Source of the DNA: Glaucostegus cemiculus
Taxonomy: Eukaryota
DNA length: 64,000 bases
Reading direction: 5' to 3'
NCBI GenBank assembly: GCA_976551045.1
Contig: CDPCPM010000239.1
Location: 5,456,001-5,520,000, forward strand
Part shown: in pieces, positions 37,200-48,230 of the stretch
Layout of the letters: each line of letters starts with the position of its first letter
Numbering within the stretch: the first letter of the stretch is position 1
The notes under the pieces: generated by a model
Told to the model about the DNA's origin: nothing
The model's database searches: none
The model's input: only the letters and a program-made list of their open reading frames with translations
Translations under genes and position numbers: made by a program

Positions 37200-38170
37200 G
37201 TAGTGGAGGGAGAGGGTGGGAGTGTGGGGAGGGGAGTTTGCTATTTCCTGAAATGAATACCTCAGTCATATTATGGGCCCTATGCGACCAGGTCAGGCTG
37301 TTGGGTAGGTATTTAAGGTGCGGTAAGATGAAAAACAGTCAATGATTTCCCTGTTGCAACAGCTACCAATGGCTGGATGGAATTTAAGGGTTCAAGGAAG
37401 CATCTTTCTCTGTTGGGACTATTTGTTATATTCCCCCCCCCCCCCGGGAGATACTGAAACCGTGTGAAACAGCAAGACGTCAATATGGAAGGTAGCCCCA
37501 AGCAGTGATCAGGTGCAGTTAAACAGGCAGCTTTGCAAAACAATCAGGGTCTGCTTCAGCCAAGTGAGACAATGGGGAGTGTTAATTTGCCCCATCAGAG
37601 AAGATCCCAGGGCTTTGTTGGAGTTTGTCACAAACTTTTCTCGGCTACACACCCATGGAACCACCCGCCCTCTGGAAGATCAGAATTCTTATCTGTTCAT
37701 TAAAACTGTAATTTTTCCACACTAATGACTGATGAGACACTAATCAAAAACAATGGGAAGGTTTAACAAAGGTGTGGAATCCTTTGTTATGCTCTGACCA
37801 AACTGGGCACAAGGCTCTCCTTGACCATAAAGATGCATCCTGCAAGAGGGTCCTTAGGAGCTTCTCCACGGGTTGGTTCGTGGCCAACGCCTGGCGACTG
37901 TCAATCCCCTTCATGTCTTGGTGAAGTAGCCCGGGGCTCCCCTTCAGCGATAGACTGAGTGCCAGAGAACGCAACGTTGCTAAGTACTGGATGCCAATAA
38001 GTGTCACTGAGAACGGCAAACGTGAGCTCGATTTTACCAGGGAAATGTTAAGTGAGAGAGTTTGGGTTTTTGGTCTTGTTTCTTTTAATTTGGGTTCAAT
38101 TAGATTTATTGCCAATACACAATATAATAACATCTGTACATTACATTCCTCCTCTTCACTGACGTCAATG
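37200..38170. promoter_or_regulatory. Candidate enhancer or promoter (repeat-free, CpG-retaining)
   Basis: CpGs are locally retained at 37860-38030. It has a G4-type motif at 37208-37234, Sox-type sites aacaatgg/aacaaagg/cctttgtt at about 37750-37790, and a CRE tgacgtca at 38160. This is inference only. Confidence 0.4.
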
Positions 38171-39329
38171 GAACCAAGTTTCTGAAGTAGTGTTCAACAT
38201 ACACAAGTTATATCACGTATTTAACATATGTTGCCAAGGACAAATAATTCCTCCACTGCATTGGAGACTCAATTCAGACAGAGCTGATAGTTGTAAAATT
38301 CCTAAATTCTGTCATGTTGTGACAATCTGCATACAGTTCCAAGTGGGACCTAAATTCCAATGCCTTCCATATTGATTCAGTTCCTGTTGTTTGGAAATCT
38401 GCAAATACTGCAGAAGGTAACCTAGAGCAACTGGCAAAAAGAAATGAAGACAGGAGTGAACCAAACAGGACAGCAAAGGAGAGCATGAGATCCACAAATA
38501 CTAAACTATTTTCAGACCAGTCACTGCATATTTTCTTAATGATCCTCCACAGTTGATACTGTCAAGTAACTCAGATGAAATCCATAGAAAGTATATTTTT
38601 CTTGTACAATTTAGAAAGTGTTCCATCAAATTGAAAATATTGCTGCAATCAAACCAGTGTATTTATAATTCTCACAATAGATTCTGTTAATTATCTGTGT
38701 GATTTTACTCTGTTCATGGTTTCTATATTACACTCAACCTTCACTAAATGCATGCAAGAATAAAAACAGGCTGCTTGTCATGTTTTTTGTTAGTGCACTG
38801 CTTTCAGACTATGGATAACTGCTCCATCTCTTCCAGTGTTCGCCCCATAAGGAGGTACTCTTTAGTATCTCCCCATGGTGACAAGTTGAGGTTGGGAATT
38901 TATTAACGTGATAAATTAAGCATGTCCCACCACTCAGTGGAAGCAGAACTGCTTGCTCCAAATTCAATACATCATTCCACTGCTGACTGTGTCCGTGCTT
39001 TTAGTTGATCACAGTTGTCAAACATGTCCTACAGATAAGCGCACAAAGATACAATGGATTGCCCCCAAAAACAGGAGTAAGGATTGGACTGCGATTAACC
39101 CGTGCCCATGCCTTCTGGTCCAGACCCTACACAAAGGCTGTTCAATTGGCTCATTACAATGATGTTAACCTCCAGTCAGTGCAACCCACAAGATTCCTTA
39201 TCTTTTTTCATCAACTAGTGGTCTACCTGAGTGTCTAGCACCAGTCCAGGTTAAAGCCAGGCAGGACCTCTTAAAGGGCAGTCTACTATTGGTGGAGAAG
39301 GTGGCAGAAGAGGTTGCACTTGCCAGGAG

Positions 39330-39530
39330 ATAAACGGCACACAATGCAGAGAATGAAACCCACCATTTTCAGATGCCACACTGGAGGATTTGTTAGAGGA
39401 GAAGGAGAGGACCAGGAGACTCTCCAGATATTTGTTCAAAAGGCAGTGAGAGGCGAAAGCTGCTTTGGTCAATGAGAAAAATCAAACCTCAAGAATCTGG
39501 ATGCAGTTCTGCAACGCATTCAATGGGTCA
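39330..39530 (+). mobile_element. Harbinger-associated Myb/SANT-like DNA-binding ORF relic
   Basis: It translates to PPFSDATLEDLLEE and RIWMQFCNAFN, matching the MSANTD-type motifs PRFSDxxLExLL and RTWxQCRKKFNDL. Confidence 0.6.
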
Positions 39531-40149
39531 AATGCAGGAAAATCTCATAGTCCAACAGTTCCACCATTATCATCACACTTTGAGAAACTCACAGTCCAAT
39601 AATCCCTAACAGTCAGATCAGGGTCCTAACTGAGACATGAAGTTGCACTCTCATTTACCATCTCCAAGCCTTAAATACACATCTTCGGAGTTTGCACATG
39701 TTAAAGCTACTCAAGACACAACATTCAAGCCAACTTTCCCCAGCACTTTTGTAGACAGTGGCAACACACGTGTGGCAACAGCATGTAAGCAGTGGGGGAA
39801 TAAATGCACTTTTATTACCTTATTCCATTGGAGGAGAGAATGCTCATCATCAGTGGAGCAATGAAGATGGCTTTGATGGCCAACAGCAGATATTCGCCCA
39901 CAGGGAGGATGATGGGCTTTTACTATTTCCTCTTTTCATATCCCACTTTCTCCTCATCCTATCATCTCTTCTGATGGTGTGAATGTGAAGCCTTATTTCA
40001 CGAGCACATCCAACTCCTCTCATCATAACCTTGCTAGTCTCCCTTGTGGACAGCCAAGAACTGCAGCCTAGCCTGGTGGTAACAGAACAAGATGAAAGTG
40101 GATGTGAAACAAACACTCGCATTTGCAGCTCAGAAACTGATGATTTTGT

Positions 40150-41460
40150 AGAAGTTAGCTTATATACAGAAAATATGTGTGGCAATCATTTTGAATAAAA
40201 GATCGACAACTGGGGCATAAGCAAAAGAAATCTCTGATGCCAACCTGTGTATGAATTCTACCTTCAAGAGCTGGAAGGGAACATCAATAGTCTTTTCTAT
40301 AGGAGATGATTGAGAGATATGCCAACTGAAATGTTTTGTGTATTGTTGGTTCTGCCAGAAAGCCAATGTGCAATGTCAAGGAGCTTGGAGGGTTCAGTTT
40401 CAAAGGACTTTTACAGAGCATTAAAGTGTTTGGCAACTCCATTAACACACTTGTCGATATAACCTGGCTTTCACTGCAACACAAGCAATGAGTGCCTGGG
40501 TTGGGCAGTGGGCTGCAATACCATCATAGCTTGAGACACTGGTGTAAAGAAGAACTTGAATCTCACAACAGTTTACACCCTGACCTCCAAGGCTTGCTGA
40601 GACATTGCCCCGAGGGGAGAGGCTGTAGCTTCATGGACCATAAATCTGTTGCTGTGCCTCAAGATGGATGAGACTCCAGCTGATTGCAAAATCAGGATTG
40701 TGTTTATTGGCGACGTAGTTCGCTGACCTTGAGAAAGGGGATGTCCAGATTCCTTCCTTCCTTCCTTTTGCTCCCGCTCTTGCTGTTCCAGTAATGAGGT
40801 TGTGCAACCTACCGTTGGTCCCATACAACACCTGAGATATGTTCTACCAACTACTGCACAGCTCCCTAGGTAGCAGAATGATTGTTGGAGTGACTCAATA
40901 GTATCAGCCTGCATGTGGCAGCATGACATTCATTGGATGTCCCCTCTCCTTATGTGCATTGGTGAAATGCTGAAATCATGAGCCAATTGCCTCATGGATT
41001 GGCTCTTTACTTGTGTGGATGCTGTGGATATGAAAAGCCAAGATATCACTCTGACACACCAGCTTGAGAATGGAGGTGTGGACTGTCTTCCAGTGATGGT
41101 ACATCTGATTGGCATATGCTGTTGAAATGCAATACATGTACAAGTCAATGGATCCAACATTATGAGAACCCGATAATCCCCACAAAACCATGCACTCATT
41201 CCACCAGCTGTTATCTGGCGAGGGAGAATATTAAAGCAGAAAATACCTTCACTCCCTCACACTTCAGTTTATGAGAAAGTGGGATATCGTGCAGATATCC
41301 ACAGCTCCAACCTGGATAGAGTGATGCCAAGAATTTCACGATCGTTAGTTCTTGGTGCGACTTCACTGCTGAGTTATGGCTGGAGCACATGGCATTTTTC
41401 AACAATGGCACCCTTACTGAAGACTCCCCTTGCATTATTCTGCACTGAAGTTCAGGCATA
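40150..41460 (-). mobile_element. Decayed PIF/Harbinger DDE transposase
   Basis: Colinear remnants occur in the ORF track: VKFLAS (LxFLASG), HNVGSIDLYMYCI...HHWKTVHTSILKLVC (NVIGAIDCTH...NRKGFHSINVQLVC), PIEKTI..FQLLKVEF (IERTFGLLKxRF) and FAYAP (LQYxP). Confidence 0.65.
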
Positions 41461-41709
41461 AAAGCTGCTTCCTGAAACCTGTGTGGATAAGCCGAACGAC
41501 TGAGAAATCCCTCTCCCTGTTCCTCCTTCCTCTTCAGCTTTTAACAGCCTGGAAGCTTCATTCAAAGAGTTGAAGCAATAATCAGTTACAACCAGCCTAT
41601 AAATAGTTGATGATTCCTTTCATGGGCAGAAGATACTTCCTGTTGTGGAGGTTATCTAAGCCAGCTCTAGTGGGTGGACCAGTTCATTCAAATGTAAGTG
41701 AAAATCGAA

Positions 41710-41900
41710 AGCACTGCAGATGCTGGAAATCTAAAATAAGAACAGAGAATGCTGGAAATACACAATAGGTCAGGCCGTGTCTGTGGGAAGAGAAACAAAG
41801 TTAGTACTTCAGATTGAAGACTCTTTGACCCAAAGTATTCACTCTGTTTCTCTTCCCACAGGTGTGGCCTGATGTAGTTCCAGCATTTTCTGTTTTCACT
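41710..41900. mobile_element. Palindromic Penelope-like element
   Basis: 'gcagatgctggaaatctaaaataagaacagagaatgctggaa...ctgtgggaagagaaaca' pairs with 'tgtttctcttcccacag...ttccagcattttctgtttt'. Confidence 0.75.
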
Positions 41901-43189
41901 TTACACTTCATTCACATGCCTGACACCACACTCCAAAACAGGCAGGCAGAGAGCCGTCACAGCAAGAGATTACCAGTTGGACAGAGGAGGAGACATGTCA
42001 AAGATGGTCTCAAAGCCTCAGGGAAAATATGCAGCATCTCCCCTGATTTTTTTTAGATCCCTGCTCAAAATGGTGAAAGAGCATCCAGAACGGCACTGAG
42101 AACCTCCAGTCTCTTTCTGATTACCACACAAAAACCCAGTGAAAACAGCAATAGGGACACACCACCTCCTAAATCACTCACCTGTCCACCCCATCAAGTA
42201 CTTCCTACCCCATCTATGGCAGAGCCTGCCAATTCTACACAGGGTTCTTCAGCTGTCTCAGGACCTGCAGAACTGGACTGAAGGCCAGTCACCCTTGACA
42301 TAGGGGGACTGCCTCAGAAGAGAAGAAGCAGGTTAACACATGGACTTGGCTGGAATGTTATTTGGAACAAATGTGGAACGCTGTCATTCGATCAATGTTG
42401 AAATAATAGATGGCATATGATCGGTGAGCATTAACATCACTTGTCCAAACACCTTTCCAATGTGGCAGCCTGCACAACTCGTACTTAACTGCTATGGACA
42501 CAAATCACTACTTGCTGCTTCCAAACAATGGGCATTGTGCTGCTGAATTTTGTGACCACAAACTGATATCTGGTGTGACTTTCTTTACTGCATGGAAAAT
42601 TGTGTACGCAGCCCAGCCGAGATTGTGCAAGGGATTGGTGGCTGGATCAGGAGGAATGGAAAACTGACTGATGTGAGGAAACCCCTTATTTTCAGGTACT
42701 GGAAATTAACAGATTACACCTGGACATAGTGCAAGAAGCCATTATTTTCATCTGAATGTTAATATGTAGAATAGGGTGAGGAGGTAGAGCATGAAGTTTC
42801 TTGAGGAGCACAAACAAAAGGCCAGAAGAATGATGATTTAAGTTTCAATAGTGCAAAGAGTGTTGGATTAAAGATAATTTCATCAACTAAACGGAAAAAA
42901 AGAGCCTCCACTGAAGTGCAATTGACTTGTGACATACAGAGAGCATTGCAAGTAGCCACCTTCAATGACCCTCTGCATTGTTATGAAAAACTGTTTTTTT
43001 AATCAAAACTTAGCACTTCAAAGCTGAATGAATCTTTGTTTCTTTTCTTAAAGAAATTTCAACTGTCATTCTGATCATCTGTGCTCTATGAAGAACTTTC
43101 AACAAGTAGCTGTCATAATTGTTCATGGCAATGTAGAACCACATCATCAATTATTCAAGCAAATCTAAAGAGATTTGAAGTTTGTATGT

Positions 43190-43229
43190 TGTGTGAGTTC
43201 ACAGAGAATTTGTGTGAGTTCACAGAGAA
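43190..43229. repeat. Tandem duplication with a 21-bp period
   Basis: tgtgtgagttcacagagaa occurs twice. Confidence 0.85.
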
Positions 43230-43379
43230 GGTCTGTCTGTTTTTTTTAAAGGAGTGTGTGATGAGATTACACTTTTCATTTTTTAGCATCTTGCACTGCT
43301 TTGTACATGTGATAAAGTTTACCAAAGTAATTTTATTCAACTTTCATCCCTCCCAACCCAATGTGAACATCAGGAAAAA

Positions 43380-43655
43380 TGTAACCTCTCATGGACAGAC
43401 CAAAACCAGGGACCGTAAATATAAGATGGTCACTCACCCATAAGGGAATTCAGGGGAAATTTCTTCACCCAAAGAGTGACAAGACTGTGAAACTCCAGCA
43501 TAAGGAGCAATTGAGGCAAATAACACAGATGAATTTAATGGAAAGATGGATAAACTGTTCATTTTATACTCAGATGTTTGTATTTAGATACAAAGTATGA
43601 GAAGAGCCTTTGTGTGGTACATGGACAACTGGGCAAAACAGTCTGTGTCTGCACA
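43380..43655 (+). mobile_element. CR1 LINE 3' end
   Basis: It translates to TKTRDRKYKMVT, followed by 'aatttcttcacccaaagagtg' (NFFTQRV) and a CR1 tail. Confidence 0.7.
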
Positions 43656-43739
43656 AGTTCAAGTTATCATTCATTTCATTTGAAGCTATGAAGAATAAAA
43701 TCTGTCTGAACCATCACATTCCTCAAGACTGGCTTGTTA

Positions 43740-44120
43740 GCAATGTGATTGTTCTTGCGGGTTGCATCACACTTCTAATCATACCACTGCACTCCCTTCA
43801 CCACTGGTGCACCATAACAGTCTGATCTTCAAACTGCAGTGCCATTACTGGCCATAACACCCAGCATCTTCCAAGCCCATAAATACCCAGTTCAAAGGAG
43901 GACAAGGGCAGAATTGCGCTGGAATATCATTGTCCGCATGATTCATTCCAAGACACACACCATGCTGATGTGGAATTATATTGCCATTCTATCTGCATTC
44001 ACCAGAAGGACAACATTTGTTCAAGAACTTGGCTCAGTACCACCATCTCAAGGGTACTCAAACATGGGCAATAAATGCTGGCCTTGCCAGCAATATTCAC
44101 ATTCCAAAAATGAATAAAAA
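43740..44120 (+). mobile_element. 3' end of a CR1/L2-group LINE sharing its tail with the SINE at 57290-57670
   Basis: 'cactcccttcaccactggtgcac...aggacaagggcag...atgggcaataaatgctggccttgccagc...aatgaataaaaa'. Confidence 0.65.
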
Positions 44121-44129
44121 ATGATCTTA

Positions 44130-44921
44130 CTTGCCCTCAGTGTCAAGAAGATGAAAGAGTTGGTCATTGACTTCAGGAAGGGGGGCGGTGTACATGCACC
44201 TATCTACATCAATGGTGCTGAGGTCGAGAGGGTTGAGAGCTTCAAGTTCCTGGGTGTGAACATCACCAACAGCCTGTCCTGGTCAAACCACGTAGATGCC
44301 ACAGCCAAGAAAGCTCACCAGCGCCTCTACTTCCTCAGGAGGCTAAAGAAATTTGGTTTGTCCCCTTTGACTCTCACCAACTTTTACCGATGCACCATAG
44401 AAAGCATCCTATCTGGATGTATCACGGCTTGGTATGGCAACTGCTCTGCCCAGGACCTCAAAAAGCTGAAGAGAGTTGTGGACACAGCCCAGCGCATCAC
44501 AGACACCAGCCTCCCCTCCTTGGACTCTGTCTTTACCTCTTGTTGTCTTGGTAAGTGGCCAGCATAATCAAAGACCCCACCCACCCGGGACATTCTCTCT
44601 TCTCTCCCCTTCCAATGGGTAGAAGATAAGGAGCCTGAGGGCACGTACCACCAGACTTAAGGACAGCTTCTACCCCACTGTGATAAGACTATTGAACGGT
44701 TCCCTTATACAATGAGATGGACTATGACCTCACGATCTACCTTGTTGTGACCTTGCACCTTATTGCACTGCACTTTCTCTGTAGCTGTGACGTTTTACTC
44801 TGTACTGTTACTGTTTTTACTGTACTACCTCAATGCACTTTGTACTAACAATGTAACTGCACTGTGTAATGAATTGACCTGTATGATCGGTTTGTAAGAC
44901 AAGCTTTTTACTGGACCTCGG
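44130..44921 (+). mobile_element. Rex1/Babar non-LTR retrotransposon, 5'-truncated (RT C-terminal part and 3' UTR)
   Basis: ORF 44121-44567 reads KELVIDFRK...VERVESFKFLGVNITNSLSWSNH...KKAHQRLYFLRRLKKFG...FYRCTIESILSGCITAWYGN. After a frameshift near 44555 it continues ASIIKDPTHPGHSLFSPLP. Confidence 0.92.
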
Positions 44922-45192
44922 TGTTACGTTTGTTCTTCATTCAGAGACAAAAATTGGCATGGGTTTTAACTTCTGAACTTTTTTAATATAACACAAAATA
45001 CAATGACTGCATCTTGGCTGTACAGCTGCTGCTATCTCTGCTGCAAAACTGAGACTGCTAACTCATTCTATTTGTTTACACAGCTTGTTCGCTTACTCAC
45101 AGTCACTTCCTGTTCTCCCATGTGACCCCTTGCATTGCCTACTGGGAACTGTAGTTCTTTATTATAACTATATAACCACACATAATAACACA
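44922..45192 (-). mobile_element. Solo LTR (271 bp) inserted in the Rex1 tail
   Basis: It starts TGTTA and ends TAACACA, is flanked by ctcgg / ctcag (a 5-bp TSD with one CpG-type change), and interrupts the Rex tail 'cctcgg|tacaagcgacaataataaacc'. Confidence 0.75.
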
Positions 45193-45231
45193 CTCAGTAC
45201 AAGCGACAATAATAAACCAATACCAATACCG
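45193..45231 (+). mobile_element. Terminal tail of the Rex1 element
   Basis: 'tacaagcgacaataataaaccaataccaatacc' has a poly-A-like signal plus a short tandem tail. Confidence 0.8.
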
Positions 45232-46066
45232 ATATTAATTCTTGAAAGCAGACACTAGACTTTCCCCCGTTACTCATGCAAATTGCCAATATCATCTTGA
45301 ATGAATCCAGACTGTGTTAGAAAACCAGCAGGGAATAGGCAGACAGCGGTGGAGGGGGAGAAGGAGGATGTGGGGAGGAAGGTGTTTGGGAAGTGGAGGA
45401 GGTGATAGCAGAGCCAAGACAGAACTTTTGTTGCTCTGATACTGAAAGTCACTTATCCCTACTGTCCCTTCCAGCCTGAGTCTTCTACGGGGAGCCCAGC
45501 TCCCGGTGTTTTCAGTGTGACCCTGTACTGTTCGGGAGTTACCTCAACACAGGCACCAGCTGCACTCACAGAGTGGTTTTGCCAGCTGGTAAGAGCCTGC
45601 CCCAAGGCTCATGGTTCATGAACACAAACATGGACAGTTCAGCCAAACAGTCTGTGTCTGCACCAAGTTATCATTTGTAGTTGTCACAGAGCTATGGAAT
45701 GCAAGTGAACATCTTTGACATTCTCAAGCCTGCAAAAACGCACAAAGGAAAACCTTGCTGCAATATTAAACTGATTTTTACATTTATAATTATAAAGACC
45801 ACACCAAAATAATTTAAACTAACCCAAATAAAAAAAACACAACTATTTACCTTTTTCGTGTGAATGGGAGACTGCCGTGCTTGCAGCAGTTTAACCTTGC
45901 ACAGTCTGAGAGGCAGAGTAGAGGGAGGCTGAGAAGCCTGAGGAAGATCGCATTGTCATGTTGAACCTCATGAGTGAGGCAGCAGAGGAGAAGCTGCAGT
46001 CACCTCTACAGGGCTGGATGGAAATTTCTTTCAGCAATGACACAACAGTGCAAGAGGCTGAACTAG

Positions 46067-46204
46067 CAATATAAACCTGGCATCATACTGAATCACAATT
46101 ATAGTCGTATTCACCTCCCTTCACACCTAGCATGTCTCACCTGTAAAACACTGCAATGAATACAGTGCTGGGGTCATACTATAACTCAACACAGCTCTTG
46201 TCTC
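46067..46204. repeat. 138-bp element, copy 2 of 2 (partner 33323-33460)
   Basis: It shares the perfect blocks agtcgtattcacctcccttca and catgtctcacctgtaaaaca with copy 1. Confidence 0.9.
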
Positions 46205-46851
46205 TCTGAACTAACAGTTAATTTGTGCTTAAATTTCTCTGGTCTCTTCTCGCCATGGAATGGAAAGCTGTGATTGTGCAGTTTGGAACAAAGTGACCAG
46301 TTAATGAAAGTAACAAGGAAAGCGGTTTTCCGCTTTTCCATTTGCTGGTGGTGTAATGTCCTGACAATTTGCTTTAAGGGATGCTTAGGGGTAAAATATC
46401 TGGACTTCAAGTTTACTAGAAGAAATGTGCTGGAGGTTAAATACAATATCCCTTCCAAAAATGGGTGCACAAGTTTAATGGAATATATTCTGAGGGCAGA
46501 GCACAATGGGTTGATGTTTCCGTAATGCACAATTAATGCGACTGGAAATGGATGAATTTTTAGACAACTACAGTATCCCACCATAAAGGTCTTAAAACAA
46601 GGAAGTGGTGTGAGGTTACCTGGTTTAGCCCCAGCATTAACACTGGTTAAAGAGTGGACAATCTTCCCCCATGTCCACATTGTAGCAGAAGGCACTGGCT
46701 TACAATGCAAATCTCATCCTTTCCAATCCCCTCCCAAGATCAATAAATTCATAACAAACTGAGAAATGAAACTAGAACTTTAGGATACATAGAGCATGAC
46801 TTTCTATAACTTCATCTATGGTAAATGGCTCTTATCATGTCATTTTCTAAT

Positions 46852-47252
46852 AGAACAAACATAATATAGAACAGTACAGTACAGGAACAGGCCCTAAAGC
46901 CCATGATGTTGTGCTGAACTAATTAAGCTAATAACACCTAACCCCCTTCTGCCGACACATGGTCCATGTCCCTCCATTCTCTGCATATTCAGGTGCCTAT
47001 CTAAGAACCTCTTAAATGCCTGTATCATACCTGCCTCCATCACCACCCCAGGCTGCGCATTCCAGGCACCCACCAATCAATGCGTAAAATAACTTACCCC
47101 ACAGATCTCCCTTGAAGTTTCCCCCTCCCACCTGAAATATCAGCCGTCTAGTAGAAGACATTTCCATCCTGGGAGAAAAGAGATTCTGACTGTCTATCTA
47201 TCCCTCTCATAATTTTATAAAGTTCTGTCAGGTCTCCCCTCAGCCTCTGCTG
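46852..47252 (-). mobile_element. CR1 LINE 3' end
   Basis: ORF 46894-47076 reads VGAWNAQPGVVMEAGMIQAFKRFLDRHLN. The tail is 'agaacagtacagtacaggaacaggccc' on the plus strand. Confidence 0.85.
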
Positions 47253-47774
47253 TCAACACACTGTACTCTGCTTTCAATCTTCATTCCACAAATGTAGTAC
47301 AAAAGGATTTTTACAAGTCATTTCAACATTAATGCTTCAATTATCTTTCAACATCTTCACATCTAAACTTGACGTTGAGATTTTCTACCTCAGAGCTCTA
47401 CCTGCCTCTGAGAGGACACTGCACCATCGGCAAGCCTGAAAGCAGAGAACCCACTTCTTGGCTGCCTTCCCTCAGTTGTCTGATTTCCACCGCAGTTTTC
47501 CACCCCATGCTCAAATAAGGCAGATGAAAGTTAAGCACATCTCAGCTGATGACTGAAGTTGCTGCAAAATGAAACTATTAAGACCCCAAACTTCTAATGA
47601 AAATCAAAAAAAAACTTTCTCCAATCTGAAATTAGAACAAACACTTAGCAGGTCGGACAGCATTCGTGGAATGAGAAACAGAGTTAATGTTTCAAGTCAA
47701 AGACCTTTTGTTGGAACCAAACTTCTTAAATAGTTCAGATAAATGATTTGTTGTATACTTGAATGAAATTTCAA

Positions 47775-48230
47775 TCATCACCATCTGGTACGGAGGCTCC
47801 AATGCGCAGGATTGAAAGCGGCAGCAAAGGGTTGTAGACTCAGCCAGCTCCATCACGGGCACAGCCCTCCTCGGCATCGAGGACATCTTCAAGAGGCGGT
47901 GCCTCAGGAAGGCGTCATCCATCATTAAGGACCCTCACCATCCGGGACATGCACTTTTCACTTTACTACCATTGAGGAGGAGGTACAGGAGCCTGAAGAC
48001 CCACACTCAACATTTCAGGAACAGCTTCTTCCCCTCCGCCATCAAATTTCTGTTCATGAACGGTCCATGAACCCACGAACACTACCTTGTTGTTCCTCTT
48101 TTGCACTATTTCTTTATTTTTGTAACTTATAGTAATTTTTATGTATTTATGTCTTGCACTGTACTGCTGCCACAAAACAACAAATTTCATGATATGTGTC
48201 AGTGATAATAAATCTGATTCTGATTCAGAT
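47775..48230 (+). mobile_element. Second Rex1/Babar 3' fragment (different subfamily)
   Basis: It translates to ITIWYGGSNAQD*KRQQRVVDSASSITGTAL...CLRKASSIIKDPHHPGHALF, and the tail is 'aataaatctgattctgattc'. Confidence 0.88.

Noticed and set aside
44121-44567. Cellular protein-coding gene (148 aa)
   Set aside because: It is the C-terminal part of a 5'-truncated Rex1 reverse transcriptase with a downstream frameshift and stop.
46186-46710. 174-aa minus-strand ORF
   Set aside because: It has a non-ATG start, no recognisable motif and a composition typical of random AT-rich DNA.
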